Assembly (NCBI GenBank): GCA_963824555.1
Contig: CAWGPW010000043.1
Span: forward strand, 68,763-132,762
DNA length: 64,000 nt
Direction: 5' to 3'
Origin: an uncultured delta proteobacterium
Lineage (GTDB): Bacteria > Myxococcota_A > Polyangia > Fen-1088
A program made the position numbers and the translations under genes. Below the pieces are notes generated by a model. It made no database searches. It was not told the origin of the DNA and saw nothing but the letters and a program-made list of their open reading frames with translations. Numbering within the stretch: position 1 is the first letter of the stretch; every line of letters begins with the position of its first letter. Positions 57,549 to 64,000 of this stretch are shown here, in pieces.

Positions 57549-58491
57549 GTTGCTCTAGAAAGTACTCGATCGTGCGGCCGAGCGACCTGGAAAAGTCGGC
57601 CCGCGGTATCGGCCCGATAACCCGCCGAAGCGCCTCGTCACTGAAGGTGGATTGTCCCAGATCGAGTGCTTTGATCTCCTGCGGTGGTTCTTCGCAGCGA
57701 ACCGTGCCCCGACCGGCGATTTCCACCACGCGTTCGGCTAGCTCGCGAACAGCCATGTCGTGGCCAGCAACGTTGAAGGCGGCGAACCCCTTCAAGCCCG
57801 CATGCGACAGCCGCTCGACGACCTCGCACAAATCTTCCACGAAGAGCAGCGAGCGTCTGCTGTGGTTGCCGTAGACGATGACGGTCTTGCCCTGGAGCGC
57901 ATCGTGAATGAAACCGCCGATGAGCCCGATGTCCTCGCCCGAACGAGGCTGGTTCGGACCGTAGCAATTGGGAAATCGCACGCTGATGACGTTCAGCCGC
58001 TTGAGCTTGGCGAAGACGCGGAAGTGGTGGTCGGCCGCCGTCTTGTGGACGCCCTGGACGTCTTCGGGAATCATGGGGGTCTCTTCGTCGATCACCGGCG
58101 TGTTGGGTTTTCCGTATTGGCCGCGCGAACCCAAGTAAACGACGGTGGCCGGACACCCCTCGGGGATTTGGGCCAAAAGGTGAAGATGGGATTGGACATT
58201 GCAGACGCAGTCGAAGAGTGGATCCCTCAGCGCCAGTCGGTGCATGGTCCAGGCCATGCAGTCGATGACGAGACTGGTGTCGTTCAGCAGTGCGGGCAGA
58301 TTCGAAAGGCTCTCGATGGCGGAAGCGATGACGGTGGTGCGATTGGATAGCCCCGCGAGATTCTCGCGACGGCTGCCGGTCTGAGGGAAGAATCCATCGA
58401 CAACCGTAACCCCATAGCCTCGTCCATCGAAAAAGCGGGCCAGATTGCTGCCGACGAAGCCAGCCCCGCCCAAAATCAATACCCTTGTCAC
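57532..58491 (-). CDS. NAD-dependent epimerase/dehydratase family protein (GTG start inferred)
   Basis: VLILGGAGFVGSNL Rossmann motif, YxxxK (YGKPN...). Extended SDR. Confidence 0.7.
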   Translation of the reverse strand: MTRVLILGGAGFVGSNLARFFDGRGYGVTVVDGFFPQTGSRRENLAGLSNRTTVIASAIESLSNLPALLNDTSLVIDCMAWTMHRLALRDPLFDCVCNVQSHLHLLAQIPEGCPATVVYLGSRGQYGKPNTPVIDEETPMIPEDVQGVHKTAADHHFRVFAKLKRLNVISVRFPNCYGPNQPRSGEDIGLIGGFIHDALQGKTVIVYGNHSRRSLLFVEDLCEVVERLSHAGLKGFAAFNVAGHDMAVRELAERVVEIAGRGTVRCEEPPQEIKALDLGQSTFSDEALRRVIGPIPRADFSRSLGRTIEYFLEQHDLAL

Positions 58492-58499
58492 CACGGCGA

Positions 58500-59201
58500 T
58501 CAACCTTTGAAGTGACGTTCGTAGGCGTCGCGTGCCTGCTGATAGTCGTCGATCCGGCCGATGTCGAGCCAATATTCCTGCATCTCGTACTTGGCAATCG
58601 GGATGCGCTGGTCGAGCATGCTCTGAATGAGCTTGTCCATACCGAAGTATTCGCCCTCTGGTATGAGCGAGAATATTTCCGGTTCCATGATGTACATGCC
58701 GGCCAGGGCATAGGTGACCATGTTCGGCTTTTCCTCGATTCGCGTCACCAGGTCACCGTCGAAGTGGATGTTCCCGAATGCATAGGGCGTGACGATCTTT
58801 TTCACCGCCACCGTGAGTAGGGTCCCTTTGGTCCGCGCAAAGTCGAAGAACACCCCGAAATCCATCAGGCTGAGGATGTCGCCATTCATGACCAAGAAGC
58901 TATCCGTCAACTTGGGTTGCAGCAGCTTGATCGGACCGGCCGTGCCGAGCGGCTGTGTCTCGTGGCTGATGGTCAGCCGAACCCCATAGCGAGACCCGTC
59001 ACCGAAGAAATTCTCGATGTAGTCCGACATATAGTTGGTGGCCAGGAAGATCTCGTCGAACTGGTATTTCTTCAGATGCTCGATTTGGATCTCCAACACG
59101 GCCTTCTCTCCAATCGGGAGAAGTGGTTTCGGGATGACCTCGGTAAACGGCTTCAATCGCGAGCCCAGCCCACCGGCGAGAATGACCGCTTTCCTAGACA
59201 T
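58500..59201 (-). CDS. Sugar-phosphate nucleotidyltransferase (glucose-1-phosphate cytidylyl/thymidylyltransferase-like)
   Basis: KAVILAGGLGSRLKPFT...PKPLLPI is the NTP_transferase signature. Confidence 0.8.
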   Translation of the reverse strand: MSRKAVILAGGLGSRLKPFTEVIPKPLLPIGEKAVLEIQIEHLKKYQFDEIFLATNYMSDYIENFFGDGSRYGVRLTISHETQPLGTAGPIKLLQPKLTDSFLVMNGDILSLMDFGVFFDFARTKGTLLTVAVKKIVTPYAFGNIHFDGDLVTRIEEKPNMVTYALAGMYIMEPEIFSLIPEGEYFGMDKLIQSMLDQRIPIAKYEMQEYWLDIGRIDDYQQARDAYERHFKG

Positions 59202-60186
59202 TGTAGATTCCCGTCTTGTACTTCTTGAGGTTGCTTGGGTCCAGGAACCATGGAATGGTCAGCAACAGTCCCTCGGTCAGACCGAGACGGGGCACGAAGC
59301 CGGTCAGGTCACGCAATTTGGTGCTGTCGCAGGCGAGACGACGCACCTCACTGTCCGCGGGCCGCTGGCGTGTTTCCTCGGTCTTGATTCCCACCCGCTT
59401 TCCCATCAGGCGCGCAATCAAATGAAGCAGCTCCTCGATGCTGATCTCGTGCTCGGATCCGATGTTGACCTCCTCGCCGACAGCCTTGTCGCAGGCGGCA
59501 AGAGCAAGGATGCCCTGGCAGGTATCCGAGACATGGTTGAGGTTGCGGGTTGGCGTGGTGTCGCCAAGCCGCACCTCATCGGTGCCTGATGCGATCTGCG
59601 TGATGATGGTTGGAATGACAGCCCGGGCGGACTGACGCCCACCGTAGGTATTGAACGGCCGTGCAACGATCACCGGGAGCTTGTGCGCGAAGAAGAAGCT
59701 GCGGGCGAGGGCATCCGCCGCGATCTTGGTCGCGCTGTAGGGAGACTGGGGCTGCAAGGGATGCTTCTCGTCGATGGGAACGTAACGGGCGGTGCCATAA
59801 ACCTCGCTGGAGGACATCTGAACCAGTCGCTCGACGTCGTTGTCACGGCAGGCTTGGCAAATGTTGAGGGTCCCGACGACGTTGGTTTCGACGTAGCTGG
59901 CCGGGGCAACATACGAATACGGAATCGCGATGAGAGCCGCCAGGTGCAAGACGACATCGACACCTTCACAGATGTTTCGACACAGATTGGGGTCCCGTAC
60001 GTCTCCGCTGACGACCTCGATGTCTTTGAGACAGGACACGTCGTCCAGCCAACCCCAGCTGTTGAAAGAGTTGTAGAGGGCCAGAGCACGTACGCTTTTG
60101 GCCTGATGGAGGGCCATCTCCGCCAAGTGCGAGCCGATGAAGCCGTCGGCGCCGGTGATTAGAATCGATTTGTTGTGTAAGTCCAT
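59194..60186 (-). CDS. NAD-dependent sugar 4,6-dehydratase/epimerase (extended SDR)
   Basis: ILITGADGFIGSHL, YSATKIAAD (YxxxK). 330 aa. Confidence 0.8.
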   Translation of the reverse strand: MDLHNKSILITGADGFIGSHLAEMALHQAKSVRALALYNSFNSWGWLDDVSCLKDIEVVSGDVRDPNLCRNICEGVDVVLHLAALIAIPYSYVAPASYVETNVVGTLNICQACRDNDVERLVQMSSSEVYGTARYVPIDEKHPLQPQSPYSATKIAADALARSFFFAHKLPVIVARPFNTYGGRQSARAVIPTIITQIASGTDEVRLGDTTPTRNLNHVSDTCQGILALAACDKAVGEEVNIGSEHEISIEELLHLIARLMGKRVGIKTEETRQRPADSEVRRLACDSTKLRDLTGFVPRLGLTEGLLLTIPWFLDPSNLKKYKTGIYNV

Positions 60187-60472
60187 GCCGACCTGAGTAG
60201 CGAACAGTAGTCCTATGGCGCTCTACCCTACGGAGGGCTCATTTGTCCAGACCGCGCACGGTGGCGTCTTGGCGGGAAGTGACGCCAAGCACCAGCTCTA
60301 CCACAGGCCAACCTTCCTGTCGTGACCACTGCCACACCGGAACCCATGGCGAGCGTGCTCCATGGCGCACATGAATACCGCGTATGTGCTCGCTAGAGCG
60401 TGTCCCAGGGAATTCCTTACCAGGCCGACGTGGATTTCGGAGCTCCGACCGCTCCGCGGCTGCCGGCAGAAC

Positions 60473-61312
60473 CTATTTCACGCCAGCCTTCTTGGCCTCT
60501 TCCCACAGCGTGTTCTGCTCTTCGGGTGTCGCCGACTTCATGGTGCGGCCCTCGGCTTCCAGGCGCTCTTCCATGTGGCGAAAGCGACGACCGAAGCGAT
60601 CGGTGGCTTCGCGCAGGGCGTGCTCGGCGTCGAGACCGAGCTTGCGCGCCAGGTTCGTGATGGCGAACAGCAGATCGCCGAGCTCGTCGGACATGGCCTT
60701 GCGGTCCTCGCCGGCGCAGGCCTCGTCGAATTCAGCCAGCTCTTCCTTCACCTTGTCGCGCACGCCGGCAGCGTCGGGCCAATCGAACCCGACCGCGCCG
60801 GCTTTCTCGCCCGCGCGCATGGCGCGTACCAGGGCAGGGGCGCTGCGTGGAATCCCGTCGAGAGCGCCCTTCTTGCCCTTCTTCGCTTTTTCCGTGGCCT
60901 TGAGCTTGGCCCAACTGGCCAGCGCTTCCTCGGCGTTGCTCGCCTGCACGTCGCCGAACACGTGCGGGTGTCGGCGCACGAGCTTGCGCACGATTCCCTC
61001 GATCACCTGGTCGATGCCGAACGCTCCCTCGGCATGGCGCAGCTCGGCCTGGAAGATCACCTGCAAGAGCAAATCGCCGAGCTCCTCGCAGTGGTCGGCC
61101 ACGTTGCCGGATTGCAGGGCATCCACGACTTCGTAGGTTTCCTCGACGAGGTAGGGCAAAAGCGAGGGCAGGGTTTGCTCGCGATCCCAGGGACACCCAT
61201 CGGGGGCGAGCAAGCGCTGCATGAGACCCACCAGGCGGGTCAGGTTGGCGCCCGTCTGTTTGCCGGGCAAGGGATCGAGATCGAGAGTTGGGGCTGGCGT
61301 TTCGTCGTTCAC
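60473..61312 (-). CDS. mazG: Nucleoside triphosphate pyrophosphohydrolase MazG (GTG start inferred)
   Basis: Two MazG domains (EETYEVVDALQSGNVADHCEELGDLLLQVIF and LAEFDEACAG...ELGDLLFAITNLAR). The listed ORF's N-terminal 137 aa is read-through of the tandem repeat. Confidence 0.8.
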   Translation of the reverse strand: MNDETPAPTLDLDPLPGKQTGANLTRLVGLMQRLLAPDGCPWDREQTLPSLLPYLVEETYEVVDALQSGNVADHCEELGDLLLQVIFQAELRHAEGAFGIDQVIEGIVRKLVRRHPHVFGDVQASNAEEALASWAKLKATEKAKKGKKGALDGIPRSAPALVRAMRAGEKAGAVGFDWPDAAGVRDKVKEELAEFDEACAGEDRKAMSDELGDLLFAITNLARKLGLDAEHALREATDRFGRRFRHMEERLEAEGRTMKSATPEEQNTLWEEAKKAGVK

Positions 61313-61383
61313 GGGCCTGCAGTCTAGCCCCGGGCCCTCTAGCCCGCACCGTTCTTCAGTTGAATCTGACCAAATCACCGTAG

Positions 61384-61731
61384 ACGCGTGAGGAGCCTGC
61401 CGGCTATGCCGGCAGCGAATCATCGCGGGAGGGTTTGGGAACCCTTTCAGGGTTCCCATCACGACGATGCACGCGTGAGGAGCCTGCCGGCTATGCCGGC
61501 AGCGAATCATCGCGGGAGGGTTTGGGAACCCTTTCAGGGTTCCCATCACGACGATGCACGCGTGAGGAGCCTGCCGGCTATGCCGGCAGCGAATCATCGC
61601 GGGAGGGTTTGGGAACCCTTTCAGGGTTCCCATCACGACGATGCACGCGTGAGGAGCCTGCCGGCTATGCCGGCAGCGAATCATCGCGGGAGGGTTTGGG
61701 AACCCTTCGAGGGTTCCCATCACGATGTACG
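61384..61731. repeat. Tandem repeat, 87-bp unit x4, each unit containing two perfect hairpins
   Basis: The unit ACGCGTGAGGAGCCTGCCGGCTATGCCGGCAGCGAATCATCGCGGGAGGGTTTGGGAACCCTTTCAGGGTTCCCATCACGACGATGC begins at 61384, 61471, 61558 and 61645. The last copy is degenerate at its 3' end. Confidence 0.9.
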
Positions 61732-61780
61732 TGCTGCCTGGTTCTTACCGGGTGTTCGTGCTACAGAGGAGCGTGCAACC

Positions 61781-62815
61781 TTGAGCCCTCGATCCTCCGA
61801 TCATCCGCGTTCCGGCACCGACGTCGAGTCGGATCGCGTCGTTCTCGACGACAACCGCGTCGCGCTCATGCTCTTCGGCGAGCGCAACGCCAACCTCAAG
61901 CGCATCGAGATCGAGACCAATGCCAGGCTCCACTCGCGCGGCAACGAGCTGACCTTGATGGGCAGCGCGGATGCCATCGGGCAGGCCAGGCGCCTGGTCG
62001 AACAACTGTACCGCATGGCCCGCAGTGGCCGGCCCATCGGGCCCGAGGACGTGGGCCGCGCCGCTGAGGTCCTGCGCGGCGACGCCAGCGCCAACCTGCA
62101 AGAGGTCTTTTCGGACACCATTCTCGTGGGCAGCCATGCCCGTCCCATCGCGCCCAAGGGCCTGGCGCAGAAACGCTACGTGGACGCCATCCGCGAACGC
62201 GACATCGTGTTCGCCATCGGTCCCGCAGGCACGGGCAAGACCTACCTCGCCATGGCGCTGGCGTTGCGCGAGCTGCTCGAAAAGCGCGTAAAGCGCATCG
62301 TGCTCACCCGGCCAGCCATCGAGGCGGGCGAGCGCCTGGGCTTTCTGCCCGGCACCATGGAGGACAAGGTCTCGCCGTACCTGCGGCCGCTTTACGATGC
62401 CCTGCACGACATGGTCGATTTCGATCGCGCCCAGCAGCTCATGGAACGCGGCATTCTGGAGATCGCGCCCCTGGCCTTCATGCGCGGGCGCACCCTCAAC
62501 GATTCCTTCGTGATTCTCGACGAGGCCCAGAACACCACCAGCGAGCAGATGAAGATGTTTCTCACCCGGCTCGGTTTCGAGTCGAAGGCGGTGGTTACCG
62601 GCGACGTCACCCAGATCGATCTGCCCGACCGCCGTCGCTCCGGCCTCACCGAAGCCGAAGCCCTGCTCAAGGACGTCGAGGGCATCTCCATCTGCTACTT
62701 CACCGAGGTCGACGTGGTTCGCCACCCGCTGGTGGCCAAGATCATCCGCGCCTACGAGCGCAAGCGGGCCGAGGACGACGCCGACCAGGGTGGCTGGGCA
62801 CGCCCGGCGAAGTAG
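61781..62815 (+). CDS. phoH: PhoH family ATPase (TTG start inferred)
   Basis: KH-like N-term, P-loop [16 protein letters not shown], PhoH core [18 protein letters not shown]...DEAQNTT. Confidence 0.8.
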   Translation: MSPRSSDHPRSGTDVESDRVVLDDNRVALMLFGERNANLKRIEIETNARLHSRGNELTLMGSADAIGQARRLVEQLYRMARSGRPIGPEDVGRAAEVLRGDASANLQEVFSDTILVGSHARPIAPKGLAQKRYVDAIRERDIVFAIGPAGTGKTYLAMALALRELLEKRVKRIVLTRPAIEAGERLGFLPGTMEDKVSPYLRPLYDALHDMVDFDRAQQLMERGILEIAPLAFMRGRTLNDSFVILDEAQNTTSEQMKMFLTRLGFESKAVVTGDVTQIDLPDRRRSGLTEAEALLKDVEGISICYFTEVDVVRHPLVAKIIRAYERKRAEDDADQGGWARPAK

Positions 62816-62835
62816 TCGGGGCGGAGGCGACTGAC

Positions 62836-64000
62836 ATGGCTTGGGGCGAAGGGCCGGCCGACTTGGAACAAACCGCCGCGCGCGCCCGCTACGAGCGCGA
62901 CGAGCTGCTCGCCATCTCCCGCGCGCTTTCCTCGGAGCGCGACATCCGCAAGCTGCTCGACCTCATCCTGTTCAAGAGTCGCCAGATCACGGGAGCGGAC
63001 GCCGGCAGCGTCTATGTTCTCGAAGCCGCGGAGGCGGAAGCAAGCGGCGATGCCGCAGCGAACGGCCGGTCGAACCTGCGTAGGCCCATGCCACGCGAGA
63101 TCTTGCATAGGCGCTCCGCCGCGCTTGGCGCGGGCAAGGGCACAAGCACGATTCTGCACTTCATGCTGTCGCAAAACGACTCCATGGTCGTGGATTTCCA
63201 GGAATTCACGCTCAAGGTGGACGGCTCGTCCATCGCAGGCAAGACCGTGCTCGGCGGCAAGCCCATCAACATCGCAAACCTCGGTGCGCTTGCGCCCGCC
63301 GATATCGAGGGGCTGACCCACAACCGCACCTTCGACCAGCAGACCGGCTACGAGGCGCGTTCCATGCTCACCGTGCCCATGACTTCGGCCATGGGCGACG
63401 TCATCGGGGTCATCCAGCTCATCAACAAGAAGCGGGAATCGGCGAAAAAGCTGCTCGCGCCCGACGATTTCGCCGCCGAGGTCGTGCCCTTCGACGGCCG
63501 CGCCGAAGAGATGGCGCTGGCGCTGGCCTCGCAAGCCGGGGTGTCGCTGGAAAACGCCACGCTGTACGACGAGATTCGCCGGCTGTTCGAAAGTTTCGTC
63601 GACGCTTCCGTCACCGCCATCGAGTCTCGCGATCCGACGACGTCGGGGCATTCGCGGCGGGTGGCGACGCTTTCCGTGGCCTTGGCCGAAAAGGTCGACG
63701 CCGTCGCGGCCGGCCCCTTGTCGGCGTTGCATTTCTCGCGCGACGATCTTCGCCAGCTCGAATACGCGGGCATGCTGCACGACTTCGGCAAGGTCGGCGT
63801 GCGTGAGCACGTCCTGGTCAAGGCCAAGAAGCTCTACGACTGGCAGCTTGCCGCGGTTTCCATGCGGTTGCGTTTCGTGCGCAAGTCCATCGAGGCCGAG
63901 GCCCTGCGCGCAAAGCTCGCGCTTTTCCAATCGGGTCCGGGATCCGTGCAAGAGGCCGCGATCGCCATCGACGCCGACCTCGGTGCGCGCCTGGCGATGG
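62836..64000 (+). CDS. GAF domain + HD/HD-GYP-type phosphohydrolase domain protein (3' partial, runs off window)
   Basis: Own translation from ATG 62836 gives a GAF region (ITGADAGSVYVLE...MLTVPM...GVIQLINK) then HD motifs (GHSRRVA...AGMLHDFGKVGV). Confidence 0.6.
   Translation, partial: MAWGEGPADLEQTAARARYERDELLAISRALSSERDIRKLLDLILFKSRQITGADAGSVYVLEAAEAEASGDAAANGRSNLRRPMPREILHRRSAALGAGKGTSTILHFMLSQNDSMVVDFQEFTLKVDGSSIAGKTVLGGKPINIANLGALAPADIEGLTHNRTFDQQTGYEARSMLTVPMTSAMGDVIGVIQLINKKRESAKKLLAPDDFAAEVVPFDGRAEEMALALASQAGVSLENATLYDEIRRLFESFVDASVTAIESRDPTTSGHSRRVATLSVALAEKVDAVAAGPLSALHFSRDDLRQLEYAGMLHDFGKVGVREHVLVKAKKLYDWQLAAVSMRLRFVRKSIEAEALRAKLALFQSGPGSVQEAAIAIDADLGARLAM

Noticed and set aside
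61384-61731. Possible CRISPR array
   Set aside because: The repeats are contiguous and near-identical with no intervening unique spacers, and the 87-bp unit is too long. This is a tandem repeat, not CRISPR.

Overview
High-GC (~68-70%) chromosomal window, most likely from a myxobacterium. The lineage call rests on a MYXO-CTERM sorting tail on the GH43 protein, a Myxococcus Cys-rich-repeat plus fibro-slime protein, and many Gly-rich lipoprotein linkers. Left to right: a quinol-type nitric-oxide reductase with DoxX and an AraC regulator; secreted hemicellulases (GH30 glucuronoxylanase-like, GH27 alpha-galactosidase, later GH43) and an ABC-F ATPase; an aromatic-acid catabolic unit (aminotransferase, ACT, PaaK-like CoA ligase, iorB) whose iorA is riddled with frameshifts. 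Next is a lower-GC accessory stretch (16.45-22.9 kb) with an integrase N-terminal remnant, a Cys-rich lipoprotein, an ECF sigma/anti-sigma pair, a higBA module, a ParE-like toxin with partner, and two copies of a ~125-bp repeat. The centrepiece is a ~14 kb locus (26.4-40.1 kb). Rex, with consensus Rex operators, precedes a single-strand gene string: receiver, NuoE-like, NuoF-like, [FeFe]-hydrogenase HydA, a sensory H-cluster domain fused to a histidine kinase (HydS-like), receiver, hybrid receiver/PAS/kinase, NuoE-F fusion, second HydA. This is a putative H2- and NADH-responsive regulatory circuit between two trimeric [FeFe]-hydrogenases. Both kinase genes carry a +1 frameshift at the same octamer GGATTCTG. 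The 3' end of hydA2 is duplicated as a 257-bp direct repeat flanking an inserted SDR/quinone-oxidoreductase cassette, followed by a FitAB/VapBC toxin-antitoxin pair. The remainder holds housekeeping genes (tsaC, mtnP-mtnA, DUF1015, methyltransferase, pgpA), a GT2 + YfhO-like + nucleotide-amino-sugar glycosylation cluster, mazG, an 87-bp x4 tandem repeat with two hairpins per unit, phoH, and a partial GAF-HD gene. No tRNA, rRNA or CRISPR array was seen.
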